A DNA stretch of 64,000 nt from IMG/VR virus record IMGVR_UViG_3300045988_163663; one strand, given 5' to 3'. The position numbers and the translations under genes were made by a program. Below are positions 1-13,432 of the stretch, piece after piece. Each line of letters starts with the position of its first letter. Positions within the stretch are counted from its first letter, which is position 1. The notes under the pieces were generated by a model. The model searched no databases and was not told where the DNA came from. It was given only the letters and a program-made list of their open reading frames with translations. The stretch comes from a virus.

Positions 1-116
1 GGCTACAAGAAGATGGAACAATTAAAGGGCCTAATACATTTCAAGGACTATTTAATTATGTAAATAATTAGGATAATGAAACTTTAAAAAAGGCTAAAAC
101 GTATATAAATGATGTC

Positions 117-551
117 ATGAATAATTATCATGCTCCAATAGCTGGTGAAAATACATTAGGTATAGTTATGGGCGGCGGAACTGGTATCGGTATTGATGAA
201 AATGGTAGATTATATGCAACAGGAGAAATTATAGCTGATGCAAATATCTTATGGTCTAAGATAGTAGAAAAACCTACTACTTTAGAAGCAATCAGCAAAG
301 ATGCAATGTGTCGAGCTATTATAAATAGTTTACCATCTAGCAGCTAGTCAGGTAATTATGCTGATTTATTAAATAAACCAGATTTATCTAAATATGCTTT
401 AAAAACAGACATATCTGAATACACATTACCAACTGCCTCAACTTCTACTCTTGGCGGCGTAAAAATAGATAATAGTACAATTGGTATTAGTGATGGATTT
501 ATTTATGTAAAAAATACTAATTCAGCCGTTTGGACTAAATGGACAGGATAA
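117..551 (+). CDS. small tail-fibre-like structural protein, TAG read through at 345-347
   Basis: ORF 117-347 continues in the same frame across TAG to TAA at 549-551. The downstream part is Ser/Thr/Gly-rich. Confidence 0.5.
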
Positions 552-696
552 GTTTGAAATTGATAACTTATTTATTATAATCTTTACTCTTTTGAAAATA
601 GATGATTGAGAAAGATATTTAATATAGGGAAATAAATATCTTGAACTATTTTCAAGATATTTATTTCCCTATATTTTTGTTTAAGGAGGAAATATA

Positions 697-1689
697 ATGG
701 CAAATAATACATTCCAAGGCCGTATGATTTAGAAGCATGATACAAAAGCTAATTGGGATAAAGCAACTAATTTTGTCCCCTTAAAAGGCGAAATTATTAT
801 ATATGATGATTTAAAGAAAATAAAAATAGGTGATGGAGCTACTAAAGTAGGAAATCTGGTTTTTATTAATGACTTAGATACTATAAATGGAAAATATTTA
901 CCTCTTGCTGGCGGTACTATGACTGGTAATATTAATATTAATAATAAAACAATTACTAATTTAAAAACTCCAACAGCCGATACAGAAGCCGCAAATAAAA
1001 AATATGTAGATGACTAGGTTGCCGCTAATGACCATATAGTAAATAGATTTACATTTACTGCAACAGCAGGTTAGTCTACATTTACTATTCCATTTGATTT
1101 TGAAGACAGTAGCGCCCTTACTCTCTATTATAATGGTGTAATGATGAAAGAAACAGACAACTACACAGTATCTGGTAAAGTAATTACTCTTGCTGGATTC
1201 ACAGCCGAAGCTGGTGATTATCTTACTGTAATGGGTATAGAAGGAGCTGCAGCAATTGATTTTGGCAAAGAGGCCGAAGATGCAATTAAACAAATACAAG
1301 CTATAAAAACTTCATCAATTAATGAAATAAATACTGTGAAAGAAAAGACTCTTAAAGAAATTAATGATTTAGTTGCCACATTACCATCAAATACTTCTAA
1401 TATTATGTTTTTAAATAAAACAAACACAATGGCTACTGATAGTAAGATTACTATGTATAGTACTTATACTCCTTCAGCAAACGAAGATGTTGCTACAAAA
1501 AAATACGTTGATGATAGTAAACCTTCAATAGTTGGCACATCTACTACTTTTCCAATCTATATTGGCTCATCTACTCCCGCGTCAGGCACAGCACCTTTAT
1601 TATGGATTGACACATCTTCATCTGGTACTTTTAAATATCGTACATCTAAAACTGGAACTTGGACTATCGTACCTGTTGCTTGGAGTTAA
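697..1689 (+). CDS. tail fibre protein with three in-frame TAG codons
   Basis: RBS 'aaggagg' then ATG 697. Same frame as ORF 1141-1689 across TAGs at ~730, 1015 and 1072. Contains the phage-fibre-type motif 'LPLAGGTMTGNI' and the C-terminal module 'LLWIDTSSSGTFKYRTS..W'. Confidence 0.6.
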
Positions 1690-1704
1690 TAAGGAGAATA
1701 ATAG

Positions 1705-2691
1705 ATGGAAATAAAAAACAATGAAAAATTATTAGATTCTTTAGTTATAAATAAAGTTCCATCTAGGAAAATTTATAATCAAATGGTGAAACAAGGAAAA
1801 GTAAACAATGATGAAATATACATTATAAATAAAGAAGATGACCTTCCTTATAAATATTCTTTCATTGCCCAAGAAGGAGATACAACATTTACTTTTCCTT
1901 TTATTGTTGAAAATCCTGAAGATTTAAATATATTTTTTAATGGTATATTAATGACTAAAAATATAAACTATATAATTCAAGATAATAAAATTAAGTTATT
2001 AGATTTTGCGGCATCAGCTAATGATAGTATTATCGTTCTTAATATTCGAGGAATAGAACCAGAAGACTATTTATTAGATGTGATAAATGACTTATAGATT
2101 ATAAAAAATGATACTATTTAGGCTATTGATAATAAAATAAGTGAATTACCAAAAGATATGAATGAAATGCTATTAACCTCAAAAAATAATATTATGACAA
2201 CAGGCAAAATAACTATGAATAGTACTTATACACCATCTAATACTGGAGACTTAACCGATAAAAAATATGTTGATTAGCAGATATAGAATAACAAAATTTC
2301 TAAAGTAAGTCAATTAACTAATGATGCTGGATATCTTACGTCTCATTTAGTTAGATCAGTAAATGGAATGACTGGCGATATAAGTATCAAAGGAGCTTAT
2401 GTTGGAAGTTATATAGGAAATAATGCTTTAACAAAAACTCTTAATTTTAATTTTGAACCTGCTTATTTGATGCTGTTTATGGTGCAAACTAATGCTGGTA
2501 CTGCTCAAAATTATATGTGTGGCATACAAGGAATGAAATACCCATTTCCTAATAATAATGGCACTTATGTTAGTTTTACTTGGAATTCAAAATCAGTTAT
2601 TATTACTGCTGCTAGTAGTTATTATACTAGTATATTCAATAATAAGGGTTATACTTATTATTATATAGCAATTCCTAAATTTAATAATTAA
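1705..2691 (+). CDS. tail-fibre-associated structural protein with about five in-frame TAG codons
   Basis: ORF 1705-2097 and ORF 2368-2691 share one frame and are linked across TAG codons. TAA stop at 2689-2691. Confidence 0.5.
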
Positions 2692-2704
2692 AGGAGGTTT
2701 TTAA

Positions 2705-3145
2705 ATGTCTAAACCTAAACTTATAGAATAGATTGAAAATGCAGGCGGTGTATTTATTGCCACTAAAGATATTACCACTTATAAAGAAATTAAAGATGCT
2801 TGGGACAGCGGTAAAGATATTATTGTAGTATTTAATTCAGATATTTATATGCTAACTGAAATCCCTATTGGTAGTAATACTATAAAATTTTATTATAGAG
2901 ATTTCCGTAATAGAGGTTATTCTACTACGAGTACTAAATATCTAACCTTAACTTCTACTAATACTTGGTCTCCGTCAGTAACAGTCGAATAGCCAACAGG
3001 AATAACTACACCAATGACTTGGAATGGCACTACTCCAATTACTGCATCAGTAAAATATTTACGCCCAATATTAATATCTACTGCAGAACCAACAGCATCA
3101 GATGGTAATATCGGCGATATTTGGATACAATATGATGCAAATTAA
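2705..3145 (+). CDS. hypothetical structural protein, recoded
   Basis: RBS 'aaggagg' then ATG 2705. Frame is continuous through two TAG codons to TAA. Confidence 0.45.
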
Positions 3146-3158
3146 GGAGTTGATTTAA

Positions 3159-5975
3159 TTGGCAAAACAAACAATTACTTTAACTAATTTATTAACTAAT
3201 CCAAGTTTTGAAAAGACAGGTTGGACTGCTAATTCAGCTTGCTCAGTTAGTTACGCCGCCTCTCCTAAACATTCCGGCTCTTATAGCTTAAAAGTCACAT
3301 CTACATCAAGTTCTGAATCATTAATTGTAACCTCTGACACATATGCTATCAGAAAAAATCATATATATTATATAAGTGTTTATTTTTATGAAACTGTTAA
3401 TGTATGTTCTGAAATGCAATGTTATTGGCCAATAGCAGAACCATTAGTAGGTTTTGCTAAAGTAGATAAAACTAAATTAAATCAATGGCAGCGATTAAGT
3501 TGGCGTAATGTTCGTGCTAATTGGAATGACAACTAGAAAGCTCAATTCAGATTCGATTTTGAAGGTATGGCTTCAAATACAATGGCTTATATTGATGACG
3601 CTATGCTTATTGATTTAACAGCCGCATTTGGTGCTGGAAATGAACCTACACAAGAATGGTGTGATACTAATATTGAATATTTTGCTGGTAATAAAACAAT
3701 TCAATATGAAGCTCCTAATAAATATGATTTAACTGTTACAACTCCTACAAAAATATAGACTGGTGATATATTAAATTGTCCTTATAGTGGATCTATGAAA
3801 TCAGTAATTCTTCCAAAAGGGTAGTATAAATTAGAATGCTGGGGCGCCTAGGGCGGCAGCTATAATACTACTTACCCAGGTGGTAAAGGTGGATATAGTG
3901 CTGGCACATTAATACTTTCAAATAAAACAATATTTTATTTGTATGTTGGTGGCCAAGGAAACAACTATAACAGCGACTCCTCAAAAGGAACTACTACTGG
4001 AGGTTTTAATGGCGGCGGAGCAGTTACTTCATATGGTTATCGTAGCTCTGGTGGCGGTGGTACTGATATTCGCTTAAAAAATGACTCATTATATGCAAGG
4101 GTGATTGTTGCTGGAGGCGGAGGCGGTGCTTCACCAAATTATATAACCTGGCCGGGTGGTGTCGGAGGAGGCATAACTGGCTTTGGATACAATAATTCTA
4201 ATACTACTAATACATAGTACGGAGGAGTTGGTGGTACTTAGACTGCTGGTGGCGCAAAAGGTACAGCGACTAATTATGGAGCTAATGGTTCTTTTGGGCA
4301 AGGTGGAAACTATGATACTGCAAACAGTTCTTACACTTCTTATGGCTCAGGAGGTGGTGGCGGTTGGTATGGTGGAGGCAGTGCCGCAGGCATTGGTGGC
4401 GGCGGCTCCGGTTATATGTACACTTCTAGCTCCGCCTCTTATTATCCTTCTGGCTGTTTATTGAATTCATCTTATTATTTAACTAATGCTACTACATTAG
4501 CAGGTAATGCTGCATTTACTTCTCCAACAGGTACAAGTGAGACAGGACATGCCGGCAATGGTTATATACGCATAACAGTTATAGAAGCCAGTTCTGGAAA
4601 TACTTTAGTAAAAATCCCCTAGACTCTTCCTTCTACTTATAGCCCCATTGAATATTTACAATTCACAGGCACTCAATATATTGATACGGGAGCTATTGTT
4701 GATAGCAATACTGGTTTTGATATTACATTTGAAGTATTAAATGGTCAATCAGGTAGTCCATATTATAATTTATTCGGCGTGCGTGGCAATGATTCCTCTG
4801 GCGGCACAGGTGAGACGTAGAATTTCTTCTGCATTGATACAATAGCTGTTGATAGTAATAGTGGCACTGAATTTAAATATGGCTCTACTGTATATAATTC
4901 TGGTATTAAAGATACATCAAAAATTAATATTAAGTTATTAAATAAAGTATATACTAAACCTGATGGCTCTACTATTACTGTAACTGGTACTATTACTACT
5001 GGTTTATCAATGTACATTGGTTGTATTAATAAAGCAGGAACAGCATACGGTAATAAAGCCAGTATGAAATTATATAGATTTAAAATATATAATGATTCTA
5101 CTCTTACTCATGATTTTATCCCAGTATAGCGAGTTTCAGATAAAGTATTAGGCTTATATGATTTAAAAACATCAGTATTTAAAACAAATGCTGCTTCTGA
5201 TATTCCATTTACAAGTAATTTAATGAATGACTCTTCTAGCCTTGCTTACTTTAATGGCGATAGCTTATAGAGCCAAGGTAATGAATCTCTTACTGTAACT
5301 AATAATAATGTTACATTATCTAATGAACAAACTCATTTTGGTAAAAATTCATTAAAATTTGATGGCAGTTCTTCTTATATGTATATGCCATTCCCTTCTA
5401 CATATACAGGAGATATTACTCTTGAAGGATGGTTTTATTAGACTTCTAATAATAATACTACTTATCCTACGCCTTTTACTTTAATATCGACCAAAGGCCG
5501 CGGAATGTATATGCATAGAACAACAGCCAGTCAAACTTTTGTTGCAGCGACTGCTTCTAACAACTGGCCTGGTCTGTCTGGAGGTACAACTACACTTAAT
5601 ACCTGGATTCATATAGCAATGTGTTTATCTGGGACAACAACTTATTGTTTCATTGATGGAAAATTAAAAGGTACTCTAACAAACACTAATACCAGCTATG
5701 TGGGATTAACATTAGGTACATTAGCTGAAAGTGCGAGTAATAATCATGCATCAGGATATTATTATAAAGGATATATTGCCGAATTAAAAATAACTAAAGG
5801 ATGTAAATGGACTAAAGATTTTACATTGCCTGCTACTCTGTATAGTACCACTAAAGATTCTAAACCTTGGAAAGAACCAGTACAAATGTTTGTAAAAACT
5901 AATGCTAATATTTGGAAACCGATAAAAGGCATATGGGCAAAAACTGCGGCGAACACATGGAGTTAGGCATTATAA
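3159..5975 (+). CDS. large Gly-rich tail fibre or receptor-binding protein with a ConA/LamG-like lectin domain, about 13 in-frame TAG codons
   Basis: ORFs 3159-3536, 3567-3758, 3939-4217, 4416-4622 and 5505-5966 are all in frame 0 and joined only by TAG codons. TAA stop at 5973-5975. The C-terminal 'TWIHIAMCLSG..YKGYIAELKITKG' looks like a LamG jelly-roll. Start is TTG or nearby. Confidence 0.55.
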
Positions 5976-5978
5976 AAT

Positions 5979-6015
5979 TTGATTTTCAAAAAATTATTTT
6001 ATATAATATAAATGT
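5979..6015 (+). promoter_or_regulatory. sigma70-like phage promoter, TTGATT-N17-TATAAT
   Basis: One member of a repeated motif (at least 17 copies) of the form TTGAAA-N17-TATAAT followed by ATATATAG, placed upstream of genes. Confidence 0.45.
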
Positions 6016-6143
6016 AAATAAGAAATAAATTTTTTATTTACAGCATTTAACTCACCCCTTTCTTAAATAGGACATAATAATTTAATTATTATGTCCTATT
6101 TTTTATTTATATAAGAAAGAAAAAGTAAGAAGGAGGTATACAA

Positions 6144-6578
6144 ATGGCTTCAAAAACTAGTACAAATTTAAATACTCTTTCTATCAATCAAATCCCTACT
6201 AGAGCTTTATATAGACAATTAAAAGAAGATAATTAGTTAAATGAAGAACAATCATTAGTAATTATAGACGACGATTTTGAATAGCGTCTTTATAAAGATG
6301 AAGTAAATGTAATGAGCGCCAATGGTAAAATTTAGATGGCGAATAACTATGTCCCAATATCTGGTAATGATATAGCTACTAAAAATTATGTGGATAATAG
6401 TAATCCAACTATAACTCCTACTGTTGGTTTTACGTCAAACAATTAGATTTATATTGGGACTACTGCTCCTTCTTCTTCATCTGCTCTTATTTGGGTAGAT
6501 ATTTCTAGTAATGGAGTATTGAAATATCGTACATCATCAAGCGATTCATGGAAACCTATTCCAGTTGCTTGGGGCTAA
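6144..6578 (+). CDS. small fibre protein sharing the C-terminal module, three TAG codons
   Basis: RBS 'aggagg' then ATG 6144. Ends 'LIWVDISSNGVLKYRTSSSDSWKPIPVAWG', paralogous to the C-termini of 697-1689 and 26178-27050. Confidence 0.45.
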
Positions 6579-6602
6579 TAAAAAATAAAAGGAGAAAGAA
6601 AA

Positions 6603-6926
6603 ATGAAAATTATAATTAATAATTTAGTTGATAAACCTATTGATAATTTAAGTTTTGTTACAGAACGAGCTTACCATCCTGCTTCTGATGATTAGCCAAA
6701 AACAATGTTTTTATTAGAAGCAGCTAGAGGAAATGTGCCATCTAATTATAATATAAAACAAATGTTAGGATGGCTTATGGAATTAGATAAAATTGAAAAT
6801 ATAAAAGTTTATAATGATAATGAAGAACTAATTTGGGAATATAATAATTATAATAAAGTAGATGAAATTTTTATTATGAATGATAATGGAGTCCAAATTA
6901 ATAATTTAATTATTCATTTTGTTTAA
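6603..6926 (+). CDS. hypothetical protein, one TAG
   Basis: ATG 6603 is in frame with ORF 6705-6926 across a TAG codon. Confidence 0.4.
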
Positions 6927-6931
6927 CATCA

Positions 6932-6979
6932 ATGCTTGAAAAGCTTGTTCTTAAAATTTGCTTTTCAAGCATTTTTTTT
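6932..6979 (+). terminator. rho-independent terminator
   Basis: 13-bp stem 'atgcttgaaaagc'/'gcttttcaagcat' followed by a T-run. Confidence 0.6.
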
Positions 6980-7000
6980 ATATAATAATAAAAAAAGAAG

Positions 7001-9004
7001 GTGAATAAAATAAATTAGTATAGAGATGGACCTACTAGAGCATTTTGGCCTACAGTTTTTGATGGATTTGAATTAGAAATTCATTTAGTAGACCATTGCA
7101 ACCTACAATGCAATAATTGTAATCATTTTTCTCCTTTAGCTTCTCCATTTTTTATTACTTACGAAGATTTTCAAAATTAGCTAAAATTAGTAAAAAAAAC
7201 TTTGCCTTCTATTAAAGTTTTAATGCTATTAGGGGGAGAACCATTTTTACATCCTAATTTAATAGAATTATGTTAGATAGCTAGAAATATTCTCCCAGAG
7301 ATAGAAATAAAGATATTAACTAATGGTATAATTTTAAATAATTATGATACAAAAAAATTAAAAAAATTAGAAGAATTAAATATACATATAAGTATTTCTA
7401 AATATCCTAATCAAGACTACAAAGATTTTAGCAATAATAAAAATATCTCATATTTAAATGATAGATTTTTCTTTGATTAGACATTGGTTGACCCTTTAGG
7501 TAAACAAGATAATAAAACTCGTATATATAGTTGTCCAAATAGGATTCCTTGCTTTACATTAAAAGATTTTAAAATATATTTTTGTCAGTTTGGGGCACAC
7601 ATAAATAATTTCTGTAATTATTTTTTTAAACAAATTCCATTAATAGAAAATAAAGATTTTATAAAACTAACAGAAAAAACAAATTTACAAGATTTATAGA
7701 ATTTAAAACTATGTGAAAAAAATATATGTAAATATTGTCGGTCAGGAGATGTGGTTGATTGGGATCAATCAACTAAAACTTATGATGAATATACTAAAAC
7801 AGAAAAAGAATTATTCTTAACAAATTATAATGAATATTATAAAAAATTTGTTGATTTTTCTAATTTTTAGGATTTTTCAAAAAAGAAATCTTGGAATAAC
7901 GTTGATTCTTGGTATGCTCCTGATAGAATGAGAACATTTAGAAAACGCAACGAAGGAAAAATTGATATTATAATTCCTTTTTATACAATAAATAAAATAT
8001 ATTTTTAGAAATGTTTAGATTCTGTCTTTAAACAAAGTATTATTAATGATTGTGTAATCTATTTAATTAGTGATAATTCTCCAGATAAAAAATATGTATA
8101 TGAATTTTATAAAACTTATAATAACATATACAATATAATATTATTAGACACTTAGAAAACTAAATCAGGCCCTGCGTCAGCTAGGACTTTAGGAATTAAT
8201 AATAGCTTCAATAAGTATTTTTTCTGTTTAGATAGTGATGATTATTTTTATGATAATAAGGCTTTAGAAAATTTATACATATATGCTGAAAATAACAATT
8301 ATGGAATTGTAAATGGATAGACCTATGATAAAAATGAGTTTATCCATGATGCTCATAGTTATTTATATAATAAAGAATTTTTTATAAAAAATAATTTTTC
8401 TTATGGCAAATTTATTTATAATGAAGATAGATTTTTATCATTATAGATTTTTGATTTTTATAATGGTGCAATTCCCTTCTTAGAACAGCCTATTTACGTA
8501 TATAATAGAAATAATGAAAGTATGGGTAAAGATATTAATTTTTTATATATGACAATAAATGAATTAATTGTTTTTACTTATTTTTATAGACAATATTTAA
8601 CAAATAAAAAATATGAAAATAATCATTTTATTTTCGAACATATTTTTAATAAAATTATTGTAAATTTATCTATAATAGAAGAAGTAACTGATAAAGACAA
8701 AGAATATCTAAAAGACATAAAACAAGAAGAAGCAATTTGTTTAAGTCTTATTTGTTTAATTTTAATTAATGATAAAATTTTGTTTAATAAGTTACCATTG
8801 TTTTATAAAGATTTATTAAATAAAATAAAAAAAGAAGATTTTATTAAATTAAATAATACTGTATTATTTAATTTAAATAGTCTATTTAATAAAGGAAATC
8901 ATATACTTGATAATAATAAACTAATTAAACAATTTATTAACAAAGAGTATATTGATTTTATAAAATACGAGGAGGAAAAATATGGCAATTAGTTCAAACT
9001 CTAA
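7001..9004 (+). CDS. radical SAM domain fused to a GT2 glycosyltransferase, multiple TAG codons, non-ATG start
   Basis: Frame 2 is continuous through ORFs 7484-7699 and 8522-8992. The N-terminal 'VDHCNLQCNNCNH' fits the CX3CX2C radical-SAM motif. The central 'IIIPFYTINKIYF..SDNSPD..CLDSDDYF' is GT2 (DxD). There is no in-frame ATG, so the start is GTG 7001 or similar and is uncertain. Confidence 0.5.
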
Positions 9005-9497
9005 AATAAATTGGAGTGATATTTAGACTATTTTTACTAATTTAAATACCGCAAGAAAAAAATTTTTCCCTAGTTAGAGTGATTTTCAAGCGACTCCTGG
9101 AGGATAGTCAACACAAGCTATGGCTCAATTAGCTCAGAATTTAAATAAGTATATAGAATCTTTTTCCAGCAGCAGTTATGTTGGTTCAAGAGCAAATATT
9201 AGTGAAAATCCTCCTTCAGCAGGAGATTTAATTAGTCCTATTATTTTTAATAGATTTACCACTACAATTAGAAGTATAAATGATACCTGTGCTCATGATG
9301 CAAGTTATAACGCTAGTCATAGAGGTAGTGGATATAATAGTAGTTGGGATAGTTCTGATTATGGAGCAGGATGGGATACTTCTTATAATTCTTCTCATGA
9401 TGGTTCAGGTTATCATTCTTCCTATTGGTCAGGAGTTAATCAAACCTGGTGTTCATCTCATGGATGCTCTAGTCATTACGGTTCTAGGCACACTTAA
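8982..9497 (+). CDS. Ser/Gly/Tyr-rich small protein, possible modification substrate, three TAG codons
   Basis: RBS 'aggagg' then ATG 8982. The C-terminal half is 'SGYNSSWDSSDYGAGWDTSYNSSHDGSGYHSSYWSG..CSSHGCSSHYGSRHT'. Sits between two radical-SAM genes. Confidence 0.4.
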
Positions 9498-9517
9498 CAT
9501 TTAAAGGAGAAAAAGGA

Positions 9518-10951
9518 ATGAAATATATATCAGATTTTTCAATAGAAGAATTATCTATTATTGGAGCTTGCGGATGTAATTTAAATTGTAAATATTGTCA
9601 TTCAGCTTAGGCTGTAAATGAATATAGTAAATAGTTGCAAGAATAGACTATAAAGGCTCTTAAAGATGGAAGTTATTTATAGAATATTAAAAATGTTATA
9701 AAAAAATTAGAAGTTGATCCGTTAAATATCCATAAAATAAGTTTTTGGGGCCAAGAGCCTACATTAGTATTAGAACATTTTACTAAAAATTTAAAAGATT
9801 TTTTTGAATTATGTCCCAATATTAATGAATTTTTTACTTCTACTAATGGCATGGCTAATACTGATAAAATAATTGATTTTTTAAAAACTTTTGATAATTT
9901 AACTAAAAAACATTCATTTATTTGTATTTAGTTTTCTTATGATGGAGATTATAGTACTGATAATGTAAGAAGAGCTAATTCTAAAGTAGTATATAATAAT
10001 TTAAAATATTTAATAGAAACTTTAAATACAATTCATTTTAATAATATTACTGTTGCTCTTAATACTCATGGAGTTATTAGTAATGAACTCATAAATCATT
10101 TTAATAATAAGTACAAAGAAATAGAATAGTATTTTATTTAGGCTAATGAAAAAATTCAATATTTAACTAATTTAAATCTAAATAAATCTGTTTTTATCAA
10201 AAATACTATAAATTTCTCTAGCGAATTACCTATTAATACTTCTAGCATTGATGGTATTAATTGGAGTAATTTTATAAAAATTTGTAAATCAATTGGAGAA
10301 CACTATCCAGAAATTAATAATCCAGATAAAGACTCTATTGAAGGATTATTGTATTTACCTCGAAAAGCAAAAAAATTTTTATTAAAAAATTTGGAATGTT
10401 CTAATTTAGATGAAGCTCTTGATAAAGTTTTAGCATTCTCTAATAAAGAATTAAAGAATGCTAATAGAAACTTAACTCCATTCTTATATTGTGGAGAAAA
10501 AACAGGAAGCTTAAAACTTTTATATGATGGAACATTAGTAAATTGTTAGAGCTCTCTTTATGATACTAATCCAGAATATATTAATACTAATGATAAAATT
10601 GGGATTATTAAGCAATTCGCCGCAAATCATCATAATTATATAAATCCATTGAAAGATAAAGATGAAGATATAAAAAATTGTTGTTTTTTATTTGAAACTT
10701 TATCTGTATCTAGTTTCTTTTATGTATATAATTAGATTGTTTCTTTATTATGTAATTTACGAGAAGTGCATTAGATAAGCCAAAAATTTAATGATGATAA
10801 ATTTTTAATGAAAGCAGCATTATTATTAGTACCTATACATTCTTGCTTTTTTAACAGTTTAATCAGTACTGGTTCTTATTTCTTTAGAGATAGTGGATTT
10901 TTAAGAAGATATTGTAATGGAATTATTGAAGAAGTTTTGGAGGAAAAATAA
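9518..10951 (+). CDS. radical SAM/SPASM-domain maturase-like enzyme, recoded
   Basis: 'GACGCNLNCKYCH' (CX3CX2C) near the N-terminus and a Cys-rich C-terminal region. Frame 2 is continuous through ORF 10349-10549 across many TAG codons. Confidence 0.55.
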
Positions 10952-12321
10952 TGATAACAACGTCTATTGATTTCCAATAGGAAGAAAATATTCTATTTTA
11001 GAATTTTATTTTTAATCATGAATTAAAAAAGATGGAAAATGAAATATTAGAATTAATTATAAGACAAGACTGTAATCAAAAATGCGATTATTGTTATATA
11101 ACTAATTATGGCAAAGAATTATATCCAGAACATTTTTCTAATTCTTAGATATTAGATAATTTAAAATTATTATTAGATTATTTTGATAAAAAACAAATAA
11201 AACCTTTAGAATGGTCATTATTTGCCGGAGACCTATTTTATGATGGATTAATTTTTGATATACTAGATATATTTTTCCCATATTTAAAAAAATGGTACGA
11301 ATTTTCTTATAAAATAAAAGAAAAAGGTAAACTAGTAATACCTACTAATGGTAGTTTTATTTCTGATAATGAAAAAGTAATAAAAATAAAAAAATATATC
11401 CAAAAGATGAAAGATATAAATGTAGAAATTCATTTTTCATTTTCTACTGATGGGCCGTATAGCACTGAATTTAGAGAACATAAAAATTTAAATGATGAAT
11501 ATTTTAATAAATTATTTGAATTTGCTACAAAAAATAATGATGGCTTTCATCCTATGATTTCTAGCCAAAATGTTGATAAAGCTATTAAAACTTATGATTG
11601 GTTTAAAAAGAAATTAAAAGAATACAATTCATGGCAGAAAACTCCTTATATGTTAGAAGTTCGAAATAATAATTGGACTCAAGAATCTATAGAGAATTAT
11701 AAAAAATTCTTAAAACATATCTTTGAAGATAGATTGAATGATTGCAATAATGATATTAATACTATGGCTTATGCAATGTTTAAAGGGGATGGGGCTAATA
11801 ATACTCCTACATTTAATGAGCACAATGGAGATCCTATACGATTAATGAATTTATCAGATAAAGAAGACAGACATAACAGAATAAGCTGTGCATTGTAGTC
11901 TACTGTCCATATAAGGGTTGGAGATTTAGCTATCGTTCCTTGTCATCGTACTTGTTATAATCATTTAATTGGGGGACATTTTAAAATAAATGATGAAAAA
12001 ACAGAGATAATTGATTTAATAAGTAATAATGCCACAGCTTATATAGGAATGAAATCTTTTAACCCTGTTTATGCTCCAAGGTGTTTAGAATGCTGGTGTA
12101 GAGATGTCTGTATTAAAGGATGTTTGGGAGCTTAGATAGAAACTTATGGTGATTTTTCTATCCCTTGTTTATCAGTTTGTAATTTATTTCAAGAAAAATA
12201 TAATTATTTATTTAAATTATATTTTGAAACTGGGGTTTTGAAAAGTGCGAAAGATCAAAAAATATTACCAAAAGTAATAGAAAACATAGCTATAGAATTG
12301 GGGTATGATTTAAATGGATAA
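10951..12321 (+). CDS. radical SAM/SPASM-domain enzyme, recoded
   Basis: 'RQDCNQKCDYCY' radical-SAM motif. C-terminal 'CHRTCYNH..CLECWCRDVCIKGC' is SPASM-like. ORF 11407-11898 is in the same frame. Confidence 0.55.
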
Positions 12322-12571
12322 TTTAGATAATGTTTTAAAAGAAATTACAAATAATATTATAAAAGAAAATAAGGGGTATATGGATTTATTATTTGTTATA
12401 TATAATAATATGGTTACTTTAGAAGAACCAAATCCAGAAGTCAATAAAAAAATAATTTATACCTTAGCTAATTTATTATAGAATTAGGATTTACGATTAA
12501 AAGACTTAAATATAGATTATTCAAAAGAACTAAATAAATTAACAAATTAGCTATATTCTATAGGAGAATAA
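12314..12571 (+). CDS. hypothetical small protein, recoded
   Basis: ATG 12314 overlaps the upstream stop. Frame continues through three TAG codons to TAA. Confidence 0.3.
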
Positions 12572-12573
12572 AA

Positions 12574-13422
12574 TTGATTAAATTTACCTTACCTGATTTT
12601 TACTATTTTCATACTATAAATGATAAATTTATTAATTTATCAAGAAGCCATACTAATTGGCTTCTTGATAAAAATATAGCTTTTTCCTATATTAGAGGGA
12701 CATTTCCTTATAATATTTGGAACGGAGGATTAAATAATATGGTTGGTGATACTTTATTGTATCCTAATATAGAATTAATAATTAAGCAAAGTAATTTACC
12801 TTTGTGGTTAGATTTTTCTAATATTTTATTAGAAAAATCAGATTTCTATGATGTAATGAGTAATATAATTTTAAAATTATTACCAAATAATTATATTTTT
12901 GAAATTAGTAATTTAGATTTATTAAATTATATAAATAACAAATTTCCTAATTTGAAATATGTTATTTCTAAAAATGCTAATATCTTATATCCTCTTACTC
13001 CCGATATTATAAATAATTTTCATCAAAATTTAAATCCATTATATGTAATAATCCCTAACGAATTTAAAACTTCACAGCAATATTTAAATGAAATTAATAA
13101 CAAAGAAAATATCGTAATTCCAGTTAATAATCTTTGTAATCCAGAATGTAAAAATTATTTTCAATGTCCAATAGTAGAAAATAATAATATATTAAATTAT
13201 ACATTTGAACCTACATTTTGTAATTGTAAAAATTCTATAAATAATAAACAATATATAACGATTAAAGAAATTAAAGATATTTATATCCCTATGGGTATCA
13301 CTAATTTTTTAATAGATTATTTCTCTAACAATGAAAATGAATACGGTTTATTTTTAATTAATTATTTTATTAAACCAGAATTTAAAGAATATGCCTTTCA
13401 AGAATTATTTATAAGGAGATAA
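12574..13422 (+). CDS. hypothetical protein of a three-member paralogue family with the 'NIWNGG' motif
   Basis: RBS 'aggag' then TTG start. Motifs 'LPDFYYFHTINDKF' and 'NIWNGG'. Paralogous to 13433-14365 and 15741-16616. Confidence 0.45.
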   Translation: MIKFTLPDFYYFHTINDKFINLSRSHTNWLLDKNIAFSYIRGTFPYNIWNGGLNNMVGDTLLYPNIELIIKQSNLPLWLDFSNILLEKSDFYDVMSNIILKLLPNNYIFEISNLDLLNYINNKFPNLKYVISKNANILYPLTPDIINNFHQNLNPLYVIIPNEFKTSQQYLNEINNKENIVIPVNNLCNPECKNYFQCPIVENNNILNYTFEPTFCNCKNSINNKQYITIKEIKDIYIPMGITNFLIDYFSNNENEYGLFLINYFIKPEFKEYAFQELFIRR

Positions 13423-13432
13423 AATATAAGTA

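Noticed and set aside
4183-4622. Alternative-frame ORFs 4183-4464 and 9280-9504, and minus-strand ORFs 39514-39914, inside the Gly-rich and Cys-rich genes.
   Set aside because: These are frame-shifted readings of repetitive GGN and TGY-rich coding sequence. The frame-0 reading is continuous with the flanking segments and has the coherent domain content.
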